This document shows positions 16,537 through 25,725 of a DNA stretch of 64,000 nt, one piece after another. The stretch lies in contig JBHGAZ010000021.1 in the NCBI GenBank assembly GCA_041946765.1, positions 4,279 through 68,278 on the forward strand, written 5' to 3'. A program made the position numbers and the translations under genes. The stretch's first letter is position 1. Each line of letters begins with the position of its first letter. The notes beneath the pieces were generated by a model that ran no database searches, was not told the origin of the DNA, and worked only from the letters and a program-made list of their open reading frames with translations. Origin of the DNA: Terriglobales bacterium. GTDB taxonomy: Bacteria; Acidobacteriota; Terriglobia; Terriglobales; Acidobacteriaceae.

Positions 16537-17331
16537 ATGTACCTGCTGGCGTGCGACGAATCAAATCGTAATCCATCAGACCGGAGAAGATTTTTCATTT
16601 ACGGTGGCATCATCGTGGATGGGGATAATTGCCTCACAATCCACCAGTTCTTCGAGCGTCTGCGCATTCAGTACGGCATCACCTCTGGATGGAATTTGAA
16701 GTTTGACGCCGCAGCGCGCCCAGCGACTCTTAGCGCCGAACGCTTTGCAGAGGTCAAGAACCGCGTGCTCGAAGCTGCGCCAGGTTGGGGCGTCCGCTTC
16801 ATCGCCTATGTTGTCCACCACCGAATTGCGGACACGCGGGCAAAACAGGAGCGAGCCTTTCGGTCGGCGATGAACACTATTCTGTATCAGTTCAATGGAT
16901 TCTTACGACAACATGACGATCATGGCGTGTTCCTAATTGACCGCTTCGACGGCGGTGCCTGTCTTGACTTGCTCAAGTCCATCTTCACCAGAGGACTCGA
17001 TCTCCCGGCGCAAAATGCCAGAAGGGCCATTGACCGCGTCACGATGATGGGCGCGAGTTGTCTGGGCGCGAGCCATTTGATGTCGTTGCTGGATATCGTC
17101 CTTGGAGCATTTCGCTACTGTGTTAACGCCCGTGCAGAGAAATTCGAGGTGGCACGCCTGCTTTATTCAAAGCTGCAGCCGCTGCTTGTCACTGCTCCGG
17201 GTAATCCACGGGTTGAAGAATGGGGACTCTTCCTGCGACCACAGGAGGTGCGGGCCGCAGATATTCAGGCTGAGTACACCCAGCTTCGTCAGCACCTCGC
17301 GCGTTTGGGGCAGCCAGAGCGGGCAGTGTAA
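16537..17331 (+). CDS. DUF3800 domain protein
   Basis: 264 aa. The N-terminal MYLLACDESN matches the recalled DUF3800 signature (yiDESG). Confidence 0.6.
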   Translation: MYLLACDESNRNPSDRRRFFIYGGIIVDGDNCLTIHQFFERLRIQYGITSGWNLKFDAAARPATLSAERFAEVKNRVLEAAPGWGVRFIAYVVHHRIADTRAKQERAFRSAMNTILYQFNGFLRQHDDHGVFLIDRFDGGACLDLLKSIFTRGLDLPAQNARRAIDRVTMMGASCLGASHLMSLLDIVLGAFRYCVNARAEKFEVARLLYSKLQPLLVTAPGNPRVEEWGLFLRPQEVRAADIQAEYTQLRQHLARLGQPERAV

Positions 17332-17442
17332 GCCCACAAAAATTCCATATCTCCGCGTCATAGAGAAATTGAAATCCACCCAGCGCGGTACACCGACGTT
17401 CGGTTTGGCCGAAGCGGAGGGGGTCTTCTGGCTTGTGCCCCC

Positions 17443-17478
17443 ACTGCACATTAAGAGTTTACTGCACAGTAGCTGCAC
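17443..17478 (+). promoter_or_regulatory. Cluster of ACTGCAC-type heptamers next to attR
   Basis: ccACTGCACattaagagtttACTGCACagtagCTGCACatta: two exact copies and one 6/7 copy, 95-130 nt inside the right island end. Confidence 0.35.
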
Positions 17479-17572
17479 ATTACTGCCCAAATGCGGGCGA
17501 TTTGCCCGAATTAGGGAACTTGATTCCGACTGTAAATACTTGAGCCCGAACGGTAGAGGGTGAGTCACCTTT

Positions 17573-17617
17573 GTTTTCAAGACCGCCCGTTTCGACCGCT
17601 CACGCATCCCTCCGCGG
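17573..17617. repeat. attR-type direct repeat: orphan 5' half of tRNA-Ser(UGA)
   Basis: Identical to 1644-1688. Read on the minus strand, the sequence after nt 41 is AAAGG... instead of CGCTG, so no anticodon stem or 3' half can form. Confidence 0.85.
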
Positions 17618-17990
17618 GAAAAGAAGCGATTTGCTCTTCAGTTTACAGCAATGCCGAGCTACCGGCGTGTGACCGGAGTTACATGTTGCTTTCACACAGC
17701 TGTTTCTAACGCCCGCATTGCCGCCACACTGCGCCGATCAACGGCCTTCTTGTTGTACGCCTGCCTTGTTCGTAACTACTGAGCGGGTCGTAACGGCTGG
17801 CTTGCGTCATCCGACAACCCCGCCCAGAATTTCTGCATTGCAGAGCTGCGGGCCGATAACTCGCTTGACGGGTAGTCCTGAGTTGTTGAATAATCCGCCC
17901 CATTCAGCTCGCCTTTATATAGCTCGTCGTTTTAGTCATTCCGCTAGTTGGCACTTTTAGCACGTATCTGACCAACGAAGGACGGCGACC

Positions 17991-20900
17991 ATGAGCCCTA
18001 CGCGAAGAGACTTCCTGAAAACCAGTACCATTACTGGCGTTGCTGCATCCGTCCTGGGGTTCGATCTTACCCCGGCGTACGCCGATGTGCGCGAAATGAA
18101 AATTGCGCGCACCACGGAGACCCGCTCCACCTGTCCTTATTGTTCGGCGAGTTGCGGCGTGATCATCCACACGCTGGGCGACAAGTCGAACAATGTACAA
18201 CCCACGGTCGTACACGTCGAAGGCGATCCCGACCATCCCATTAACCGCGGCACGCTATGTCCGAAGGGCACAACCCTGAAGCAGGACATTGTCAACGAGC
18301 GGCGCTTGACCAAGGTGCTGTATCGCGCGCCCGGCGGCACCAAGTGGGAGGAGAAGTCGTGGGACTTCGCCATTGACCGCATCGCGCGGCTGATCAAGGA
18401 CACCCGTGACGCCAAGCTGATCGAAAGAGACGCGACCGGACACGAGGTCAACGCGCTTACGGCGATGGGCGTGGTGGGTGGTTGCACCGACACAAACGAG
18501 ATCAATTACCTCCTGGTGAAGGCGTTCCGTGCGGGGATGGGCGTCATCCCCATGGAACAGCAGGCGCGAATATGACACGGCCCAACGGTGGCCAGTTTGG
18601 CCGCAACATTCGGGCGCGGCGCCATGACCAACGGCTGGACCGACATCCAGAATGCCGACGTCATTCTGGCTATGGGCGGCAATCCGGCTGAGAACCATCC
18701 TGTGGGCTTCCGCTTCGTCATGGAAGCCAAACGCAACCGAAACGCCAAGCTGGTCGCGGTGGATCCGCGTTTTCAGCGCACCGCCGCGGTGGCCGATTGC
18801 TTCGTGCAGATCCGCGCAGGAACAGACATTGCGTTTCTTGGCGGGTTGATCAATTACTGCTTCACCAAGGGCCGCATTCAGCAGGATTACGTGCGCCTTT
18901 ACACCAATGCGCCTTTCCTGGTGAAAGAAGGGTACAGCTTCAACGAGCAGGACGGTGTTTTCTCCGGCTGGGACGCAGGCAAAAAGGCATACACCGATAA
19001 GTCCACATGGGCCTATGAAGTGGATCAAAAGGGGTTCGCCAAAGCGGATGACACGCTGCAGCATCCGCGTTGCGTGTTCCAGTTGATGAAGCAGTTCTAC
19101 TCGCGCTACACGCCGGAGATGGTGGCGAAAATCTGCGGCTGCAAGCCTGAGGACTTCAACAAAGCCGCTGAGATCATGACCTCCACCTATACACCCGACC
19201 GCGTGGGCACCATCATGTACGCCCTCGGCTGGACGCATCACAGCTTCTCCGTGCAGTTGATTCACGCCGCGGCCATGCTGCAATTGCTGCTCGGAAACGT
19301 GGGTATGCCGGGCGGCGGCGTCAACGCCCTGCGCGGGCACGCGAACATCCAGGGCGGCACCGACTGCGGCATGGGTTATCACAACCTGCCCGGCTATATC
19401 GCCATTCAGAAGGCCGACCACGCTACGCTGAAGGACTACATCGCCGCAGTTACGCCCAAGCCCCTGCGCCCGAACTCCATGAACTTCTGGAGCAACACTG
19501 ACCGCTTTGTGGTCAGCCAGTTGAAGGCGTATTACGGCAAAAATGCGACTCCGCAGAACGAGTTCGGTTATCACTGGCATCCCAAGCTGCCGCAGGGAGC
19601 AGCGCCGGGCACATACGAAAACTGGAGCTGGGCCTTCATCTTCGACCACATGTACAACGGCAAGATGGAAGGGCTGATGAGCTTCGGCATGAACCCGGTG
19701 AACAACGGGCCGCACTCGAGAAAGGTGATCAGCGCACTCACGAAGCTGAAATGGCTGGTGGTCGCCGAGAACTTCGAAACGGAAACCGCGGCGTTCTGGA
19801 AGCAGGACATCCTGGCGCTGGACGAAGACGGCACCAAGGCGGAAGGAGTTCCCACGGAGGTCTTCCTCCTGCCGGCTGCTAACTTCGCGGAGAAAGACGG
19901 CGCCTTCACCAACTCAGGCCGGTGGATCCAGTGGAAGTGGAAGGCGGTAGACCCGCCGGGCCAAGCCAAGCCGGATAACGAGATCATTGCCCGCATTTTC
20001 CTGAAAGTCCGCGAGCTTTATCAGAAGGAAGGCGGCAAGTTCCCGGATCCGGTTCTCAATCTGAACTGGTGGTACAGCAACGCCGCCAAGCCCGACCAGA
20101 CGGAGGTGTGCAGGGAAATCAACGGCTTTGCCGTGTCGGACGTCACCGACGAGAAAGACCCCAAGACGATTGTCCTCAAGGCCGGGCAGCAGCTCGGTAA
20201 ATTCCTTGATGCGCGCGCCAATGGCTCTACCTGCTGCGGAAACTGGCTTTACATAGGGAGCTTCACCGAAGCCGGCAACATGACCCAACGGCGCAACGCG
20301 GCTGATCCCAGCGGCATGGCGCGGTTCTCAGAATGGGGGTTTAACTGGCCGGCGAACCGCCGCGTGATGTACAACCGCTGCTCCGCCGATGCCAGCGGCA
20401 AGCCCTGGGACCCGAAGCGTCCCGGAATCAAGTGGAATGGCGAGAAGTGGGTCGGCGATGTTCCCGACTATAAGCCCGACAGCCCGCCGGAAGCCGGACT
20501 GGGTCCGTTCATCATGCTTCCGGAAGGCGTCGCTCGGCTGTTTGTGCCCGGACAGTTTGCTGACGGTCCATTCACCGAGTTCTACGAACCGATGGAAGCG
20601 CCGGTGCCAAATTCGTTGCACCCCAACCAGAGCACGAATCCGGCGGTCAAACCGTTCAAGTCGCAATGGGACAAGCTGGGGAAAGCCGACGAGTATCCCA
20701 TCGTCGCAACCACGTATCGGCTGACCGAGCATTTTCATTACTGGACCAAGAACAACGCCTATAACCTGCAACTGCAGCCTGAGTTTTTCGTGGAAATCCC
20801 TGAAGACCTCGCGAAGGAAAAGGGAATTGGCAATGGCCAGAAAGTGCGAGTAACTTCCGCACGCGGCAACATCGTTGGGAAGGCGATGGTGACCAAACGG

Positions 20901-21083
20901 ATCAAGCCAATGACGGTCGCGGGGAAGAAGGTTTACCAGATCGGGTTCCCCATCCACTGGGGATTGATTGGATACAGTGGCCAGGAGGGCGGCATGGCCA
21001 ACCTCGTCACGCCAACGATTCTTGATCCCAATTCGTTCGCTCCGGAATACAAGGGGTTCCTTGTAAAGCTGGAGAAGGCATAG
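17991..21083 (+). CDS. fdnG: Formate dehydrogenase-N/O type catalytic alpha subunit, selenocysteine-containing, Tat-exported
   Basis: Track ORFs 17991..18575 and 18588..21083 are in the same frame, separated only by TGA 18573-18575. The context QQARI-U-HGPTVASLAATFGRGAMTNGW matches the E. coli FdnG Sec site. Twin-arginine signal: MSPTRRDFLKTS. Confidence 0.9.
18580..18615 (+). promoter_or_regulatory. SECIS-like stem-loop downstream of the fdnG UGA
   Basis: Upper stem GTGGCC/GGCCGC (one G-U pair) with loop AGTTT. Lower stem GCCC/GGGC. The apical loop starts 18 nt after the UGA. Confidence 0.55.
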
Positions 21084-21096
21084 GAGGAGGTGCGCC

Positions 21097-21999
21097 ATGG
21101 CATTCAAAGTTCTTGAGCTGAAAGCGGTCTCGGCAAGCACCTCCCCGGCGCCGGGCGTGCGCAGCGCGCCAACCGTATGCAAGCTGGTGGATACCAGCAC
21201 TTGTATCGGTTGCAAAGCCTGCGAGGTAGCTTGCCAGGAATGGAACGATCTGCCCCCCGAGGCCACGGTGCAGATCGGAAGCTATCAGACACTGCCCCAC
21301 ATGACCCCGAGCTTCTGGAACCTTATCCGGTTCAATGAAGTTGAGAACAGCAACGGGGACTTGCAGTGGCTGATGCGCAAGGACCAGTGCATGCATTGCG
21401 CCGATCCCGGTTGCCTGAGAGCGTGCCCGGCGCCCGGCGCGATCGTGCAGTACAACAACGGGGTGGTCGACTTCCAGCAGGACCAGTGCATCGGTTGCGG
21501 CTACTGCATCACGGGCTGTCCCTTCAACGTGCCCAAGCTAAGCGCAACGACGAAGAAGGTCTACAAATGTACGCTGTGCGTGGACCGCGTCTCGGTTGGC
21601 CTGGAGCCCGCCTGCATCAAGGCGTGTCCGACGAACTGTTTGGCGTTCGGCACGAAGGAGCAGATGCTGCAGAAGGCGAATACCCGGGTGGCGCAATTGA
21701 AGACGACCGGTTTCACCCAGGCCGCTGTATACGATCCGGGCGGGGTTGGCGGTACCGGCGTTGTCACGGTGCTTGCGCACGGCGACAAGCCGGACCGCTA
21801 CGGTCTGCCGAGAGATCCTTCTGTGCCTCTGGCCGTGGAGGCCTGGAAGTATCCCCTGCATTGGCTGGGCATGTTCGCCATGGTGGCCGGCGTGATCGGC
21901 ACGGCGCTGCACTACCTGCGCTTCGGCCCGAAACACGTACGACCAGTTGAACCAGAGCCGGCAAAGAAAGAAGCTACTGGCTCGGGCAGCACAGATTAG
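21097..21999 (+). CDS. fdnH: Formate dehydrogenase beta (4Fe-4S) subunit with C-terminal TM anchor
   Basis: 300 aa. Ferredoxin Cys motifs CIGCKACEVAC, CMHCADPGC, CIGCGYCITGC, CTLC. C-terminal helix WLGMFAMVAGVIGTALHYL. Confidence 0.88.
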   Translation: MAFKVLELKAVSASTSPAPGVRSAPTVCKLVDTSTCIGCKACEVACQEWNDLPPEATVQIGSYQTLPHMTPSFWNLIRFNEVENSNGDLQWLMRKDQCMHCADPGCLRACPAPGAIVQYNNGVVDFQQDQCIGCGYCITGCPFNVPKLSATTKKVYKCTLCVDRVSVGLEPACIKACPTNCLAFGTKEQMLQKANTRVAQLKTTGFTQAAVYDPGGVGGTGVVTVLAHGDKPDRYGLPRDPSVPLAVEAWKYPLHWLGMFAMVAGVIGTALHYLRFGPKHVRPVEPEPAKKEATGSGSTD

Positions 22000-22011
22000 G
22001 AGGGAACAGAC

Positions 22012-22677
22012 ATGGCAACGAAGCCTATCCAGCGGCTTTTGCCCAACCAACGCATTCTGCGCTACACCTATAAAGAACGCATCATGCACTGGGTCGCCGG
22101 TCTGAGCTACATCTATTTGCTGCTGACCGGTCTGGCGTTTTACACCCCACACCTGTACTGGATTGCCCTGGTGCTCGGCGGTGGTTCGATTTCGCGATTG
22201 TGGCACGCGATCATTGGTCTCGTGTTCAGCGCCGCAGTGGTATGGATGTACGTGGACTGGGGCAGCGACATGAAGACCACCGAAGTGGACCTCGCCTGGC
22301 GCAAGACGATCCGGCAATACATCCGCAACGAGGATGAGCTGGTTGCCCCCGCGTGCCGCTTCAACTCGGGACAGAAGAGTTTCTTCTGGATCATGTTCTG
22401 GGGTGGGCTGGCGTTGCTGCTCTCGGGGGTCGCTCTCTGGTTCACGGAATATATTCCGTGGAGCTTGCGGTTCCTGCGGTATGTTGCGGTGCTGGTTCAC
22501 GTGATCGCGGCGCTGTTCACCATTGGCGCGTTCATCATTCACGTGTACATGGGAGCAGCGGTTGTGCGCGAAGGCTTCAGCTCTGTAATCCGCGGTGAGG
22601 TATCGGAGCAATGGGCGAAGACGCATCATCCGTTATGGCTGCGCCAGGTCCAGAGAGATTCGAGGGCCGACAACTGA
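22012..22677 (+). CDS. fdnI: Formate dehydrogenase gamma subunit (cytochrome b556)
   Basis: 221 aa with four TM helices, conserved His residues (HW..., LWH, VHV) and its position after fdnH. Confidence 0.8.
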   Translation: MATKPIQRLLPNQRILRYTYKERIMHWVAGLSYIYLLLTGLAFYTPHLYWIALVLGGGSISRLWHAIIGLVFSAAVVWMYVDWGSDMKTTEVDLAWRKTIRQYIRNEDELVAPACRFNSGQKSFFWIMFWGGLALLLSGVALWFTEYIPWSLRFLRYVAVLVHVIAALFTIGAFIIHVYMGAAVVREGFSSVIRGEVSEQWAKTHHPLWLRQVQRDSRADN

Positions 22678-23486
22678 GCCGCTTCACCTGGGACCAGCGC
22701 ATTGAGCGCGCCCGGCAACTCGCACAGACGTGTGCCTCTGCCAGCGAGCTGCTGCGCTTCTACGAGCAGCTCGCCGGTTTTCAGAAGTCCCTTTACGAGA
22801 AGTGCCAAACGGGCGACCCAGCGTTTTCGCGAAGCGAAGCGCTGGGGAACTTTGCTGATTTGCTGGCGGATTCCGCCCAGACCGAATTTCTGTTGACGCA
22901 CTACCCGGATTTTCTTCGCCTGGTCGCCTCCGCTGCTCCCGAACCACTTGCTGCTGCCGCGCAGGAGCTCCTGCCTGGCGACCGCGAACATTGGAGAGCG
23001 TTGCTGATCAAATTTTGCCACCGCACCCACTCTTCTGAAGCGGAACTGTTCCTCGGACTGGCCTACTTGCAGCCCTGCGCCGAATGGGCCATTGAGCGGG
23101 TGCCAATTTCGCCCCGACCAGCCAGTCCTGTGTGTCCTGGGTGCGGCGCCGAAGCGGTTTGCGGCGTGTTGCGGCCGGAAGGTCACGGTGCGCGCCGGTC
23201 ACTGATTTGTTCGCTCTGCGCGAACGAGTGGCACTTCCCTCGCGTGGTCTGTTTCGCATGTAATGAGAAACGTGCGGACGCGCTGCCGGCGTTCACTGCT
23301 GAGCAGGAATTCGAGCATGTGCGCATCGAGGCCTGCGACACCTGCAAGCACTACATCAAAACCGTTGATCTGACGAAGAACGGCCTCGCTGTACCAGTTG
23401 TGGATGAAGTCGCGTCCATCTCGCTGAGTCTGTGGGCCCAGGAGAAGGGCTACAGGAAGGTGCAGCCTAACCTTTTCGGGCTGTAA
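22611..23486 (+). CDS. fdhE: Formate dehydrogenase accessory protein FdhE
   Basis: CPGCG...CSLCANEWHFPRVVCFACNE...CDTCKHYIKTVD, the rubredoxin-like Cys pairs typical of FdhE. An alternative start is at 22632. It overlaps the fdnI end. Confidence 0.8.
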   Translation: MGEDASSVMAAPGPERFEGRQLSRFTWDQRIERARQLAQTCASASELLRFYEQLAGFQKSLYEKCQTGDPAFSRSEALGNFADLLADSAQTEFLLTHYPDFLRLVASAAPEPLAAAAQELLPGDREHWRALLIKFCHRTHSSEAELFLGLAYLQPCAEWAIERVPISPRPASPVCPGCGAEAVCGVLRPEGHGARRSLICSLCANEWHFPRVVCFACNEKRADALPAFTAEQEFEHVRIEACDTCKHYIKTVDLTKNGLAVPVVDEVASISLSLWAQEKGYRKVQPNLFGL

Positions 23487-23631
23487 CTCCTGGGCGGGAT
23501 GGGGAGCCTTAGTCCTCCTGGGTAATGCTGTTTGATCCACGACCGGAACCCACCCGTACCCTGGTCAGAAATGCTGATTTCTCCCTCAAAGTCGAAACCA
23601 TAGGCCGCCAGGGGCCATCTAAGTTACTGTA

Positions 23632-23657
23632 GCGGCTCACATTATGACGTGAGCCGC
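23632..23657 (+). terminator. Strong 9-bp hairpin GCGGCTCAC-N8-GTGAGCCGC between fdhE and rpoD (no U-run)
   Basis: Perfect inverted repeat seen directly. It lies 146 nt after the fdhE stop. Confidence 0.3.
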
Positions 23658-23706
23658 AGTGTGTAACTGGAGTTTTGCTTCGGCGACTGCGCGTGACAAG
23701 AATTTT

Positions 23707-23735
23707 TTGCCTTGGACTGTGGCGCAGACTATGCT
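23707..23735 (+). promoter_or_regulatory. Sigma70-like promoter candidate for rpoD (TTGCCT-17 nt-TATGCT)
   Basis: -35 at 23707-23712, 17-nt spacer, -10 at 23730-23735, about 110 nt upstream of the rpoD start. Confidence 0.35.
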
Positions 23736-23843
23736 AAACTCCGCAAGTTTCGGCTTGCGAATTCCCAAGCAAAATTTCCTGCCGCACTGGTAACAAGGTT
23801 GCCGTCCGTTGTCCGCGGACGACCTGGATGAGGTATTGCCACT

Positions 23844-25541
23844 TTGGCTCTTGATGACAAGTTCGACGACATTAAAAAACTGATTGATGCCGGCAAGGAA
23901 AAGGGTTACCTGACTTACAGCGAGGTAAACGACCTGATCCCCAACGACGTCCACTCGCCCGAGGACCTGGATGACCTCCTGACCACCATTGGCACACAGG
24001 GCATTGACGTCCTGGAAGGCCCGGCGAAGCTGCCTTCCTCGGCCCTCGAAAAGAAGTTCGACCAGGAAATCGAAGCCGGCGAAGACGTCGAGTTGGACCT
24101 GACGCCCGGCGCACTGGAAAAGACCAACGATCCCGTCCGCATGTATCTGCGCGAGATGGGTACTGTGCCACTGCTGACGCGCGAAGGCGAGGTCGAAATC
24201 GCCAAGCGCATCGAGCGCGGCCAGTTGCGCGTGCTGAAGGCGCTTTCGCGCTCCCCTATCGTCATTCGCGAGATCCTCGCCACCGGCGAAGACTTGAAGA
24301 AAGGCCTGCGCTCGATCAAGGAGATCGTCGTTTTCGACGAGGAAGAAATTACCGAGGAAATCCTCCAGAACCGGCTGAAGGACATCACCGGCCGCATTGA
24401 CGAACTGAGCAAGCACTACAAGAAGTCGGTGCAGCTCGCCGAGAAGCTGGCCAACATTCCTGCAAAGAAAAAGGCCCGTGAATTCCGCCGTTGCCGCTGG
24501 TCGCTGGGCCGCGCCCAGGTGGAAATTTCCAAGATCATTCGCAAGCTGGGCTTCACCAACAAGGAAAGAGACCGGCTTATCGAGCGCGTCAACAAGACCG
24601 TGGATTCCATGCGCGCGCTCGACCGCCAGGCCCAGGGACTGGAAAAGAAGGCCGAGATCACCCGCAGCGAGGACCAGAAGAAGGAATACCGCCGCCAGGC
24701 CCGCCAGTTACGTTCCGACCTCGAGCAGATGGAAGCCGAGGCGGGCGTTCCCTTCGCCGAGTTGAAGCGCACCCAGCGCGAAATTATTCAGGGCGACATG
24801 GACGCCGAGCAGGCCAAGCGCGAGCTGATTGAGGCTAACCTGCGCCTGGTGGTCTCCATTGCCAAGAAGTACACCAATCGCGGCCTGCAGTTCCTCGACC
24901 TGATTCAGGAGGGCAACATCGGACTGATGAAGGCGGTGGACAAGTTCGAATATCGCCGTGGATATAAGTTCTCCACCTACGCCACCTGGTGGATCCGCCA
25001 GGCGATTACGCGCGCCATTGCCGATCAGGCCCGCACCATTCGCATTCCGGTGCACATGATCGAGACCATCAACAAACTGATCCGCACTTCGCGCCAGCTT
25101 GTGCAGGAACTGGGCCGCGAGCCGACGTCCGAAGAAATCGCCAAGCGGATGGACATCCCGGTTGCCAAGGTGCGCAAGGTCCTGAAGATCGCGCAGGAAC
25201 CGATCTCGTTGGAAACCCCGATCGGCGAAGAGGAAGATTCTCATCTGGGCGACTTCATCGAGGACCGCGCGGTGGTCTCGCCCGCCGAGGCGGTGATCAA
25301 CGTCAACCTGAAGGAGCAGACGGCGCAGGTGCTACGGACGCTAACGCCTCGCGAGGAAAAAGTCATCAAGATGCGTTTCGGCCTGGAAGATGGCTCCGAG
25401 CATACGCTGGAGGAAGTCGGCCAGTCGTTTGCAGTGACCCGCGAGCGTATCCGCCAAATCGAAGCCAAGGCGCTGCGGAAGCTGCGCCACCCTTCACGCT
25501 CGCGCAAACTGCGCGCCTTCATGGACGGCGTGCACGATTAA
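23844..25541 (+). CDS. rpoD: Primary RNA polymerase sigma factor
   Basis: 565 aa. [70 protein letters not shown] and region 4 [30 protein letters not shown]. The start is TTG (there is an in-frame TGA at 23829). Confidence 0.93.
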   Translation: MALDDKFDDIKKLIDAGKEKGYLTYSEVNDLIPNDVHSPEDLDDLLTTIGTQGIDVLEGPAKLPSSALEKKFDQEIEAGEDVELDLTPGALEKTNDPVRMYLREMGTVPLLTREGEVEIAKRIERGQLRVLKALSRSPIVIREILATGEDLKKGLRSIKEIVVFDEEEITEEILQNRLKDITGRIDELSKHYKKSVQLAEKLANIPAKKKAREFRRCRWSLGRAQVEISKIIRKLGFTNKERDRLIERVNKTVDSMRALDRQAQGLEKKAEITRSEDQKKEYRRQARQLRSDLEQMEAEAGVPFAELKRTQREIIQGDMDAEQAKRELIEANLRLVVSIAKKYTNRGLQFLDLIQEGNIGLMKAVDKFEYRRGYKFSTYATWWIRQAITRAIADQARTIRIPVHMIETINKLIRTSRQLVQELGREPTSEEIAKRMDIPVAKVRKVLKIAQEPISLETPIGEEEDSHLGDFIEDRAVVSPAEAVINVNLKEQTAQVLRTLTPREEKVIKMRFGLEDGSEHTLEEVGQSFAVTRERIRQIEAKALRKLRHPSRSRKLRAFMDGVHD

Positions 25542-25547
25542 CGAAGA

Positions 25548-25573
25548 TGTAGAGACGTAGCTTGCTACGTCTC
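25548..25573. repeat. REP-like palindromic element, copy 1 (tgtaGAGACGTAGcttgCTACGTCTC)
   Basis: The 26-nt sequence is identical to 51532-51557. 9-bp perfect stem. Lies just after the rpoD stop. Confidence 0.7.
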
Positions 25574-25725
25574 GCGACATTGTTCACAACGCCCTCCGCT
25601 CCGGAGGGTGTTCTTCTTGGGGATTGAATGTGTGGCACAGCCGCCTCGGCTGTGCATAGCGCATGGCCTCTGGCCGTTGTCTGGCCCACCCTTTCGCCCG
25701 GTTTTGGCGAAGGGTGGGGAATATT

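Larger units (their letters stand above)
1644..17617. mobile_element. Integrative genomic island (~15.9 kb) inserted in tRNA-Ser(UGA); int-xis-regulators-rep-iteron core plus cargo
   Basis: A perfect 45-bp direct repeat sits at both ends. A tyrosine integrase and an excisionase-like gene lie at the tRNA-proximal end. No conjugation, capsid or transposase genes were recognised. Confidence 0.8.

Noticed and set aside
17949-17962. Sigma-54 promoter TGGCAC-N-AGCA upstream of fdnG
   Set aside because: The GG-to-GC spacing is 10 nt instead of the canonical 12, and the -12 element is AGCA rather than TTGC.
18255-19715. 486-aa minus-strand ORF. Similar long antisense ORFs: 13906..14892, 20328..21266, 21538..22629, 23637..24416, 26428..28110, 36390..37532, 40321..41562, 44137..45192, 46317..47249, 50455..51525
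   Set aside because: Each lies entirely opposite a gene with strong family motifs (fdnG, hsdR-like, fdnH/I, rpoD, dnaB, kinase, SDR, mrpD, GT39, permease). Each translates to Arg/His/Gly/Ala-rich sequence without motifs. These are high-GC shadow ORFs.
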